Origin: Mollicutes bacterium
Lineage (GTDB): Bacteria > Bacillota_I > Bacilli_A > RF39 > UBA660
Reading direction: 5' to 3'
NCBI GenBank assembly: GCA_012520435.1
Contig: JAAYOI010000007.1
Span: 964-64,963, forward strand
Length of the DNA: 64,000 nucleotides
This document shows, piece after piece, positions 38,297 through 47,063 of the stretch. Numbering within the stretch: the stretch's first letter is position 1; each line of letters opens with the position of its first letter. Made by a program: the position numbers and the translations under genes. The notes under the pieces were generated by a model. It made no database searches. It was not told the origin of the DNA and saw nothing but the letters and a program-made list of their open reading frames with translations.

Positions 38297-38620
38297 ATGA
38301 ACACACAATTTAAGAAAGGGGTATTAGAATTAATTGTTTTGGTATCCGTTTATAAAAAAGATATGTATGGATACGAATTAATAGAAGAAGTATCTAAAGT
38401 AGTTGATGTTAATGATGGAACTATATATCCCTTGTTAAAAAGATTAACCTTAGAAAAATATTTTGAAACATATTTAGTTGAATCAAATGAAGGACCATCA
38501 CGCAAATATTATCGTATTACAGATTTAGGTAAGAAAAGAATGAAAGAATTAATGGATATATGGGTCTCTTTCGCAAGTTCTGTTAATAAATTTATAGAGG
38601 AGAGTGAAAAAAGTGAATAA
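38297..38620 (+). CDS. PadR-family transcriptional regulator
   Basis: LELIVLVSVYKKDMYGYELIEEVSK...GTIYPLLKRLTLEKYFETY...SRKYYRITDLGKKRMKEL shows the classic PadR winged helix. Confidence 0.82.
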   Translation: MNTQFKKGVLELIVLVSVYKKDMYGYELIEEVSKVVDVNDGTIYPLLKRLTLEKYFETYLVESNEGPSRKYYRITDLGKKRMKELMDIWVSFASSVNKFIEESEKSE

Positions 38621-39968
38621 GAAAAAATTTTTAGAAGAATTAGAAAAACGTTTAATTATTTTAGATGAAACGGAAAAACAAGATATATTAAATGAATATA
38701 AAGATATAATTAATGAAAAAGTAAAGCATGGGAAAACCGAAGAAGAAGCAATTGCTGATTTTGGAAGTATTGATGAATTAGTAAAAGAAATTCTTGGTGC
38801 ATATAAAATTAATCCAGATTATCTTAAAAATAAACAAACAAATTCAGAAAAAGCTAAAGAAATTATCAATAATAGTGAAGATTTAATTAAAACAGGAGCT
38901 AAAAAATTAGCTGATTTTACACGTAATATTATTAATGATATAAAACAATCAGATATTACTGTTGAAACAATTTTTGAAATAATTATTAAAGCAGTTTTGT
39001 TATTATTTGGCTTTGTGATATTAAGAATACCTTTTTGGATTATTGAAGGTTTAGGGTTGGAAATTTTGGATATGATTTTTTATCCATTTGATAAAATACT
39101 AGTTTTTATTTGGTCAGTAATTATAGGTGTGCTTTATCTTACAACATGTATTATTATTGCCTTCTTAGTTTTTAAAAGATATTTTTATTCTAATTCTAAA
39201 CCAAAAGATAATATTTCTGAAATAAAGAAAGAAAAGATAAATATAAAAGACCAAGTTGAAAAAAAACAAAATAAAAATAATAATAATTCAACTATTATGA
39301 TTATTCTTAAAGTAATTTTAGTTTGCTTTTTTCTCATTCCTTTATTTTTATCTAATTTTGGATTAACTATTGCTTTAGTAGTTTTAGGATTCTTATTATA
39401 TAAAGGGTTAAATGTTATTAGTTTAATAATTGTTTTACTTGGTTTAATTACTATTTTTGGATGTATAGGTTCATTTATTAATAATATTTTACGCAATCGT
39501 ATAAAATTTAATTTTATTTCTTTAATAATTGGTATTGCTTTATTTGTAACAGGTTGTTTATTAGTGGTTGATAGTGCTATTAAGATTGATTATTATAATG
39601 ATATACCACATTATTCTTATGTACCTAAAACCATTGTTTATAATGAAGAAATTGATGAAAAAACTTATATTTATGGTAATGATGAAATTGAAATAGTTAT
39701 TGATAATACATTAGAAGATGGCAAAATAGATATTGAGGTTACTTATTATGATGATTTTATTGCCATAAATAAAAGAAATCACACTGAGAAAAGAAATGAT
39801 GATATTTATATTACTACGAGATTACGTAATAATAGTATAGGAAAATTATTAGATATTATGGTTGCTAAATTAAAAGAAAATAAAATTTATAATTATGGTT
39901 ATTTCTTTAAACCAGAAATTAGAGTGTTTGCTAATGAAAAGACTATTAATTTGATTAAAGAGGGGTAG
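38604..39968 (+). CDS. DUF1700 (PadR-associated) membrane protein with C-terminal extracytoplasmic domain
   Basis: The N-terminus FLEELEKRLIILDETEKQDILNEYKDIINEKVKHGKTEEEAIADFGSIDELVKEILGAY fits DUF1700. Several TM helices. Overlaps the PadR stop and is translationally coupled. Confidence 0.6.
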   Translation: MKKVNKKKFLEELEKRLIILDETEKQDILNEYKDIINEKVKHGKTEEEAIADFGSIDELVKEILGAYKINPDYLKNKQTNSEKAKEIINNSEDLIKTGAKKLADFTRNIINDIKQSDITVETIFEIIIKAVLLLFGFVILRIPFWIIEGLGLEILDMIFYPFDKILVFIWSVIIGVLYLTTCIIIAFLVFKRYFYSNSKPKDNISEIKKEKINIKDQVEKKQNKNNNNSTIMIILKVILVCFFLIPLFLSNFGLTIALVVLGFLLYKGLNVISLIIVLLGLITIFGCIGSFINNILRNRIKFNFISLIIGIALFVTGCLLVVDSAIKIDYYNDIPHYSYVPKTIVYNEEIDEKTYIYGNDEIEIVIDNTLEDGKIDIEVTYYDDFIAINKRNHTEKRNDDIYITTRLRNNSIGKLLDIMVAKLKENKIYNYGYFFKPEIRVFANEKTINLIKEG

Positions 39969-40045
39969 AATAAATACCCCTCTTTTTATTAATTATCTAG
40001 TTTTCAAAAATAATAATTAATGATATAATTGAAAAGAATAGTAGT

Positions 40046-41662
40046 ATGGTGATGGAAATGAAAAGAACTATTGCAGAATTTAAAAAATATTTTAAAATTG
40101 CGCCCCAAGAATATACTTTTAAAATTATTATTTCTATAATCTTAAGAGCACTTTTACTTTTAATACCAGTTTTATTTAGTAATGTTATTAATGAAGTTAC
40201 TAAATCTAATTATAATAAAGCTATTATGTTAATAATTATTTCGATTATTGTAACAGTATTATATCGTTTCTCAGAATGTTTAAATAATTATTTATATCAC
40301 AAATTATATAACAAAATATATCAATATAACTATGACCAAATTGTTAGTGTTACTAATAACAATTCTATTTTTAGTTTATCAAGATTTACGATGGGTGAAT
40401 ATAGTAATATAGCTATTAATGATGTAGCTGTTATTTCAACTTTTTATACTAATATTATAATGCGTACTGTTCAATTTTTAGAATTTATATTTATATATTC
40501 TTATTTTTTAAATATAAATAAATTTTTATTTTTATTTGTTTTAATCTTTAGTGTTTTAATCTTTATTATAAGTTTTAAAACAACTCAAAAATTACAAAAT
40601 TTAAATAATCGTGTTAAATTATATTTAGATCAAGTAACATCATCTACTAATGAATATTTTTTAGGAATAAAAGAAATTAAAAGTTTTAATCTTTTTGAAA
40701 AAATATTTCAAAGTTTAAAAAATAAAATAAATAATTATTTGGGAGCTAATAAAAAATATAATAATAATTCAATTTATTTAAATCAAAGTTATTTATTTAT
40801 GTGGGAAACGGTTCGTTTATTATCAGTTATTTATGGAATATATCTTTTAAAAGATAATGTTATTGAAGTAGGAGTCTTACTTATTATATATAATTATTAT
40901 CAAAAAATAATTGATAATTTTTCAATGGTTCTTACTGTTAATTTAGATTATCGTATTTTAAATGTATCTTTAGATCGTGTTAAGAAAATTTTTGAATATA
41001 GCAAAACAAAAGTAGGAAAAGAACAAATGCCTACGGTTAATGGTGAAATAACATTTAAAAACATTTTATATGGATATCGAAATAATCCTATCTTAAATAA
41101 AGTATCATTTTATATACCAGCTAATTCTATTAATGTTTTATATAGTAAACAAAGTTGTAAGAAAAAAGGTGTTTTTGAATTATTATTAAAACTTAATAGA
41201 CAACATGAAGGAAAAATTAAAATTGATAATATAGATATTAATGATATTGGTGATAATGATTATTTTAAGATGTTATCAATTACGAGAGAAGATCCTTTCT
41301 TCTTTAATATGAGTATTAAAGAAAATTTATTATTAGTTAATAATGATTTTGATAAAATAGTTGATATATGTAATAAAATAGGTCTTGATTATTATTTAAG
41401 CTTTTTAGATAAAGGATATGATACTAAATTAGATAATCCCAATATTAATTCTAATGTTAAGCAATTATTATCGATTGCTAGAATATTAATTAAAGATAGT
41501 AAGATTATGTTATTTGATGAAAGTATTGATATCTTAGAAGTTAAATCAAGAAAAAAAATATTAAAAATTTTAAAAGAATTATCTAAAGATCATACCATTA
41601 TTATTTCTACTCATGATGAAGATGTTATTGATATAGCTGATAATATTATTAATTTAGATTAA
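40046..41662 (+). CDS. ABC exporter-like fused permease/NBD protein with degenerate ATPase motifs
   Basis: Six-TM type I exporter domain, then an NBD-like domain. Walker A is degenerate (LYSKQSCKKKGVF versus GxxGxGKST). The Q-loop reads ITREDP. The signature motif is degenerate (NSNVKQLLSIAR versus LSGGQ). Walker B is IMLFDES. The H-loop His is retained (ISTHDED). Confidence 0.6.
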   Translation: MVMEMKRTIAEFKKYFKIAPQEYTFKIIISIILRALLLLIPVLFSNVINEVTKSNYNKAIMLIIISIIVTVLYRFSECLNNYLYHKLYNKIYQYNYDQIVSVTNNNSIFSLSRFTMGEYSNIAINDVAVISTFYTNIIMRTVQFLEFIFIYSYFLNINKFLFLFVLIFSVLIFIISFKTTQKLQNLNNRVKLYLDQVTSSTNEYFLGIKEIKSFNLFEKIFQSLKNKINNYLGANKKYNNNSIYLNQSYLFMWETVRLLSVIYGIYLLKDNVIEVGVLLIIYNYYQKIIDNFSMVLTVNLDYRILNVSLDRVKKIFEYSKTKVGKEQMPTVNGEITFKNILYGYRNNPILNKVSFYIPANSINVLYSKQSCKKKGVFELLLKLNRQHEGKIKIDNIDINDIGDNDYFKMLSITREDPFFFNMSIKENLLLVNNDFDKIVDICNKIGLDYYLSFLDKGYDTKLDNPNINSNVKQLLSIARILIKDSKIMLFDESIDILEVKSRKKILKILKELSKDHTIIISTHDEDVIDIADNIINLD

Positions 41663-41740
41663 ATGCATTTAATGCATTTTTTTTATTTTCTAAAAGGAAT
41701 ATATTAAGAGGGATAATATGTTATTGATAGGAGGTGAAAG

Positions 41741-43291
41741 ATGAAAAAATATTATCTTTTTTTATTTTTGTTTTTCTTTTTAATTAGTAATGTTAAAGCA
41801 GAAACTTATTATTCTCCATATACCGATTTTAGTGAATGGACTACTACTTATGTAAAAGAAGATGATATTACGATTGTTGAAGGTGAAAGAAGATATAAAT
41901 GGTATAAAGAAGGAAAAATATTAGGAGATTATTATATTGAAGGAGAAAATAATCCTAATTTTCCTTTAATTGATTATGAAGATTTTATTGTAACTTCTTT
42001 TTCAGAATGGAGTAAGACAAAACCAGAAGAAAAGTTAAATCGGCTTATTAATGAAAGAACATTATACGAATATCAAGATATGAAAGAAGTTCGTTATATT
42101 CATTTAAGTAATTTACAAGGTAGTTATGGATCATTGCGAATAAGTGAAATTGAGGTATATGTTGATAATAATAAAATATCTTATAGTTATTATTGTGAAG
42201 GATGTAATTCTGATTTTAAAGATCATATTAACAATGGTAAAACGATTGAAAATATGTCTTATATTAATAATAATGGTTATCTTCGAATTGATTTAAATAA
42301 TTATTATTCAATTGATCGTATTAATCTTAAGTTATATCTTTTTGATGTGGGAACTACTACCAAAAAATATGATATTAAAATTACTAGAGAAAAAAATTTA
42401 AATAGTACTAGTTATTTAGAAAAGAAAGTTTCACTTAATTTTTCTTGTGAAAAATTAAGTGAGATAATTCCTTTTACTTATAATTATTTAAATATGAATA
42501 TTACTAATCTTGAATGGTATGAGAAAAAAGAATCTTTAGATTATATTGAATCAACACCCACAAGAAAAGTTAATCCAATAAAAGAATATCAATATCAAGA
42601 TAAATTATATCGTTATTATAAATTAGAAAAAGAATATTCTAATGATTATTATAAAGAAGAACCTGTTAATTATCCTAAAAAAGATGAAAATATGTATCAA
42701 GATTATTATCGTTATAAAAAACGTGATAAAGTTGTTATTCAAGATGAACTATTAATTACTGATTATGATATTACTTTATGGGATTTTATTATTAGTAGTA
42801 CAACTAATAATATTCAAATAGAAAGTAATCTTGATATTAATAAAAATGGTGTTTATAAAGTTAAATATATTTTACCTTTTGAAACTATTATTAAGAATGT
42901 TGAAGTTAATATTCCTGATAATAATTTAGATAATCAATTAGATAAATTAAATCAAGAAATAAAAAACTTAAAAGAAGATAATTTAAATCTTTTAGAAACT
43001 ATTAAAATAAAGGATCAAAAAATAAAAGAATTAGAAAATAATAATCAAGTAAATAAGCAAACAAATAAAAAAAATAAAACATCTTTACAAGAATATCAAG
43101 ATAAAACAAATAATCAAAATAATAAATTAGAAGAAATATTAAATAAGAATCAGTTATTAGAGAATGATAATATGAAATTAAGTACTAAAAAATCATCATT
43201 TATTGATAATGATATGGTATTAACTAGTTTATTTATTTTTTTAATTTGTTATTTAATCATTTTAATAATTAAGAAAAAAAAGTCGATTTAA
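41741..43291 (+). CDS. secreted Tyr-rich surface protein with C-terminal coiled coil and TM anchor
   Basis: Signal peptide (LISNVKA/ETYY). Tyr-rich globular region. An N/K/Q-rich coiled coil (about 410-480). C-terminal hydrophobic anchor followed by KKKKS. Confidence 0.45.
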   Translation: MKKYYLFLFLFFFLISNVKAETYYSPYTDFSEWTTTYVKEDDITIVEGERRYKWYKEGKILGDYYIEGENNPNFPLIDYEDFIVTSFSEWSKTKPEEKLNRLINERTLYEYQDMKEVRYIHLSNLQGSYGSLRISEIEVYVDNNKISYSYYCEGCNSDFKDHINNGKTIENMSYINNNGYLRIDLNNYYSIDRINLKLYLFDVGTTTKKYDIKITREKNLNSTSYLEKKVSLNFSCEKLSEIIPFTYNYLNMNITNLEWYEKKESLDYIESTPTRKVNPIKEYQYQDKLYRYYKLEKEYSNDYYKEEPVNYPKKDENMYQDYYRYKKRDKVVIQDELLITDYDITLWDFIISSTTNNIQIESNLDINKNGVYKVKYILPFETIIKNVEVNIPDNNLDNQLDKLNQEIKNLKEDNLNLLETIKIKDQKIKELENNNQVNKQTNKKNKTSLQEYQDKTNNQNNKLEEILNKNQLLENDNMKLSTKKSSFIDNDMVLTSLFIFLICYLIILIIKKKKSI

Positions 43292-43366
43292 AATAAATTC
43301 TATTTTTGTCGGATTGGTATAAAAAAGAGAATAGGTGTGCTAAATTATTAAGGAAGAGGTGATTAA

Positions 43367-43714
43367 ATGTTAGAAATTACAACTGAGTTTCGTAAAGGTG
43401 TTTTGTTTGTTCGTTTAAGTGGTGAACTCACCAAACAAACAGTAGATAAATTAAATAAAGAAGTAACATCTTTAATTAAAGATAATGGGATTAGAAATAT
43501 TGTTTTTAATATCAAAGATTTAAATATGATTGATATTAAAGGTATTAATGCTTTACTTTATAATTATGAATTATCTAAAGCTAATAATGGTAAAGTATGT
43601 GTTTGTGGAATTAAAAATCCACTAGTAAGTCAACGTATTAGAAATAGTCGATTATTAAAATATATGTATGAATCTAGTGATGAGTTAGGGGCTTTTAATA
43701 TCATTAATTTATAA
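43367..43714 (+). CDS. spoIIAA: STAS-domain anti-sigma-factor antagonist (SpoIIAA-like) lacking the phosphorylatable serine
   Basis: 115 aa. Aligns to B. subtilis SpoIIAA (LCIRLTGEL / IRHIVLNLEDLSFMDSSGLG versus LFVRLSGEL / IRNIVFNIKDLNMIDIKGIN). The Ser58 position is Lys here. Confidence 0.65.
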   Translation: MLEITTEFRKGVLFVRLSGELTKQTVDKLNKEVTSLIKDNGIRNIVFNIKDLNMIDIKGINALLYNYELSKANNGKVCVCGIKNPLVSQRIRNSRLLKYMYESSDELGAFNIINL

Positions 43715-43723
43715 GGTGATAAT

Positions 43724-44392
43724 ATGGTACAAGAACTTAATGATATTATTTTAGAAAACCAAAATTTAATTTATTCTTTAACGCATTATTTTGAAGGATA
43801 TCATAGTAAAGAAGATTTATTTCAAGTAGGAGTAATTGGGCTTATTAAAGCCTATAAAAAATATAATAATCATATGGATGTTAAATTTACTACTTATGCT
43901 TATCCTTTTATTTTAGGAGAAATGCGTAAATATGTAAGAGAAGATAAAGGTATTAAAATAAGTCGTGATATTATTAAACTTAATTTAAAAATCGAAAAAG
44001 CTAGTATTCTTTTATCACAAAAATTGATGCGTGAACCAACGATTAAAGAACTTGCCCATTATCTTGAAATTCCTGAAGAATCAATTGTTGAAGCTAAAAA
44101 AACAATTAATGTTTTACAAAGTTTAGATGAACCAATAAATAGTAAAGATGGTAAAGAAATGAGTTTACATGAAACAATAAGTAATATTAATAATATGGAT
44201 TTAACTAGTTTAATTCAATTAAAAGATGAACTTAATAATTTAACACCTTTTGAAAAAAGTCTTATTCAAGCTAGATATATAAATGATTTAACGCAACAAG
44301 AAACAGCTGAATTTTTAGGTATAAGTCAAGTCCAAGTATCAAGAAAAGAACAAAAAGTAATAACTAAACTTCGAAACAAACTATTGAATTAG
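43724..44392 (+). CDS. sigF: sporulation sigma factor of the SigF/SigG/SigB group (SigF by context)
   Basis: DLFQVGVIGLIKAYKKY, YAYPFILGEMRKYVRED and LGISQVQVSRKEQK match SigF regions 2 and 4 (DLFQIGCIGLLKSVDKF; LGISQVQVSRLEKK). Located 10 nt after spoIIAA and followed by spoVA genes, as in the B. subtilis spoIIA-spoVA neighbourhood. Confidence 0.7.
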   Translation: MVQELNDIILENQNLIYSLTHYFEGYHSKEDLFQVGVIGLIKAYKKYNNHMDVKFTTYAYPFILGEMRKYVREDKGIKISRDIIKLNLKIEKASILLSQKLMREPTIKELAHYLEIPEESIVEAKKTINVLQSLDEPINSKDGKEMSLHETISNINNMDLTSLIQLKDELNNLTPFEKSLIQARYINDLTQQETAEFLGISQVQVSRKEQKVITKLRNKLLN

Positions 44393-44451
44393 TTTGTTTT
44401 TTGTATATATTGTAAAAACTTTTTCATAATAAAATTAGGAGGAAATAAAGA

Positions 44452-44892
44452 ATGGAAAAGAATCGTTATAAAGATTTAGTTAATAAACATACACCTAAAG
44501 AAAATCGTTTATATAATATCATGGTAGCTTTTATAACAGGTGGTTTAATGGGATTATTAGGTGAATTTTTAATTCAAGTATATTCTTATTTTTTGAATAT
44601 TCCATCTAAAGAAGCATCAACCTTTATGATTATTACTTTAGTTTTATTTGGTACATTATTTACTAGTTTAGGTTTTTTTGATAAATGGGTTAATTTTGCG
44701 AAATCTGGATTAATTATTCCGATTACTGGTTTCGCCCATGCGATGATGAGTGCGAGTTTAGAATATAGAAAAGAAGGATTAGTTACAGGTATAGGTACTA
44801 ATATGTTTAAATTAGCTGGTAGTGTTATTATTTTTGGTACTGTTAGTGCTTATCTTGTAGGTTTAATAAGATTAATACTATTTGGAGGTTAG
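44452..44892 (+). CDS. spoVAC: stage V sporulation protein AC
   Basis: 146-aa four-TM protein. ITGGLMGLLGEF...GFAHAMMSASLEYRKEGLVTGIGTNMFKLAGSVI is typical SpoVAC. Confidence 0.85.
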   Translation: MEKNRYKDLVNKHTPKENRLYNIMVAFITGGLMGLLGEFLIQVYSYFLNIPSKEASTFMIITLVLFGTLFTSLGFFDKWVNFAKSGLIIPITGFAHAMMSASLEYRKEGLVTGIGTNMFKLAGSVIIFGTVSAYLVGLIRLILFGG

Positions 44893-44895
44893 AAC

Positions 44896-45885
44896 ATGAC
44901 ATTTAAATATAATAATGTATATATTAATGAAACCAGTACGGTAGTAGGACCTTATGAAAAAAAAGGACCTTTAAATAATTATTTTGATAAAAGTTATGAT
45001 GATTTATATTTTGGTACTAAAACATGGGAACAAGCAGAAATGAAATTAATCGAAGAAAGTGTTAATATTTTATTAAAAAAGTTAAAGAAAAATCGATTTG
45101 ATATCGATTTACATATTTCTGGTGATTTATTAAATCAAATTGTAGCTAGTAATTATGCAGCTGCACGTTTAGGAATACCTTTTTTAGGCGTTTATAGTGC
45201 GTGTGCTAGTAGTGTTGAAGGATTGATATTAGGTGCCAATATGATTGAAGCAGACCAAATAAAAAATTGTATATGTAGTGCATCTTCCCATAATAATGCG
45301 GCTGAAAAACAATTTCGTAATCCGGTTGAATATGGTGGACCAAAACCAAAAACAGCTACTTTTACAACTACTGGTGGTGCAAGTGCCTATTTATCTTCTA
45401 ATAAAAAAGGAATAAAAATTGAAAGTAGTACGATTGGTACGGTTCAAGATTTAGGGATTACCGATGCTTTTCATATGGGAGCAATTATGGCTCCAGCAGC
45501 TGGTGATACAATCTATCAACATTTAAATGATTTAAAAAGAGAAATCGATTATTATGATTTAATTTTAACTGGTGATTTAGGTGTTTATGGTAAAAAAATA
45601 TTAGTTGATTATATGCAAACAGAATATGGAATTGAACTTAAAAATTATGATGATACAGCAACCATAATTTATGATTTAGATGAGCAACCAGTTTATGCAG
45701 GAGGAAGTGGATGTGCTTGTGCACCACTTGTTACTTATGGTTATATTTTTAGGAAAATGCATAAAAATGAATATCGCCGAATTTTATTAGTAGCAACCGG
45801 TGCCTTACTTTCTACTACCATGGTTAATCAAAAACTTTCCATTCCTTCAATTGCTCATGCTATTAGTTTGGAGGTTATAGAATGA
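44896..45885 (+). CDS. spoVAD: stage V sporulation protein AD
   Basis: 329 aa, thiolase/FabH-like fold. Family-typical N-terminus (YNNVYINETSTVVGPYEKKGPL...YDDLYFGTKTWEQAE) and active-site region (GVYSACASS). Confidence 0.85.
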   Translation: MTFKYNNVYINETSTVVGPYEKKGPLNNYFDKSYDDLYFGTKTWEQAEMKLIEESVNILLKKLKKNRFDIDLHISGDLLNQIVASNYAAARLGIPFLGVYSACASSVEGLILGANMIEADQIKNCICSASSHNNAAEKQFRNPVEYGGPKPKTATFTTTGGASAYLSSNKKGIKIESSTIGTVQDLGITDAFHMGAIMAPAAGDTIYQHLNDLKREIDYYDLILTGDLGVYGKKILVDYMQTEYGIELKNYDDTATIIYDLDEQPVYAGGSGCACAPLVTYGYIFRKMHKNEYRRILLVATGALLSTTMVNQKLSIPSIAHAISLEVIE

Positions 45886-46232
45886 ATTACGTAAATGCTT
45901 TTCTTTTTTGTGGCTTAGTATGCGTTATTGCCCAAATCATTCTTGATAATACAAAACTTACACCTGGTCATGTAACAACCATTTTTGTAGTCGTAGGAAC
46001 CTTCTTAGATGTATTTAATTTTTATGATAAATTTGTTCTTTGGGCTGGTGGTGGAGCCTTAGTTCCCATTACTAGTTTTGGTCATTTATTAATTCATGGT
46101 GCTTTAGCCAAGGCTGCCAATTTTGGTGTAATGGGATTAAGTTTAGGAATGTTTGATTTAGTTTCATCCGGTGTTATAGCTGCCATTTTCTTTTCTTTCC
46201 TTTTTTCACTTGCCTTTAAACCAAGAGATTAG
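45882..46232 (+). CDS. spoVAEB: stage V sporulation protein AEb
   Basis: 116-aa membrane protein. LTPGHVTTIFVVVGTFLD...GGGALVPITSFGHLL...GVMGLSLGMFDL is typical SpoVAEb. Overlaps spoVAD by 4 nt. Confidence 0.8.
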   Translation: MNYVNAFLFCGLVCVIAQIILDNTKLTPGHVTTIFVVVGTFLDVFNFYDKFVLWAGGGALVPITSFGHLLIHGALAKAANFGVMGLSLGMFDLVSSGVIAAIFFSFLFSLAFKPRD

Positions 46233-46252
46233 TTACCATTATGGTAACTATT

Positions 46253-46905
46253 TTAGTTTTTATGACGTACAGTTGTATATATTAATCGATGATCCGAAAT
46301 TTCTTTTGTTTCGTTAGGATTTAATATACCAAATGATTCAATATCCCAATTATGAGGAACAAAAATATGATCTAGTGTTTTTTCTTCACCCTTTTTTGAA
46401 ATCCATGTTGCTTGATTAATTGGAATTCTTTGCATTTCACATTGATCTTTTAATAAATAATCAAGGTGAGTATTAATCATACAGATATGATTGAATTTTT
46501 TATTTTTTACTATTACAGCTGTAGCTATTCTAGGCATTAGTGCAGCTTTATAGATAGTTTTAATCAATAATTTAGGATTAGAAGGAATCCACGGTAATTT
46601 ATGAGTATTTGAATAAATTACTTCTTGATCGGTTATAATGGCATTGTTTTCATTGTAAGGAAATTTAGTTAAAAATTTATTTCCATAGCGATAATTTTCA
46701 TAAAAGCCATAGTTAGGTAAATGCATCATCATATTATTAGTAAGTTTTTTAGTTATTCTTGTGTTCCCCAAAAATCGAATTCATATTTTTGAATTAAAGT
46801 AGCTATTTTTATCGCTTGAACTATATAATTATTGCGATTTGTACTATTATTTTTGATATTAAAAGAACCAATAAATAAATTTTCCATATTACTTCCTTAT
46901 AAAAT
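46253..46905 (-). pseudogene. endonuclease/exonuclease/phosphatase (EEP)-family gene split by a 1-nt frameshift
   Basis: N-terminal fragment (revcomp 46905-46774): MENLFIGSFNIKNNSTNRNNYIVQAIKIATLIQKYEFDFWGTQE, ending at TAA. It continues in the -1 frame as the track ORF 46253-46771 (LGNTRITKK...GNAIIT...LDHIFVPHNWD...SDHRLIYTTV) with EEP hallmark motifs. The break lies in the A-rich sequence GAATAACTAAAAAA. Confidence 0.55.
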
Positions 46906-47063
46906 AAGTGAGTAATATTCTAACACTTCTTAATATTAAATGCAATATATTGGTGATGCCTTATTTTTATTATTAATGTTGACAACAAAACAAATGTTCG
47001 TTATACTTAAATAGTATTTATTTAGGAATAGTGTGATATAATACTACTAGTTTGAGGTGACTT

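Noticed and set aside
47000-47030. Candidate LexA (Cheo) box upstream of uvrA: ACAAAACAAATGTTCG.
   Set aside because: Only the right half-site (GTTCG) matches CGAACNNNNGTTCG. The left half is AAAAC. This is too weak to call, although uvrA is an SOS gene in Bacilli.
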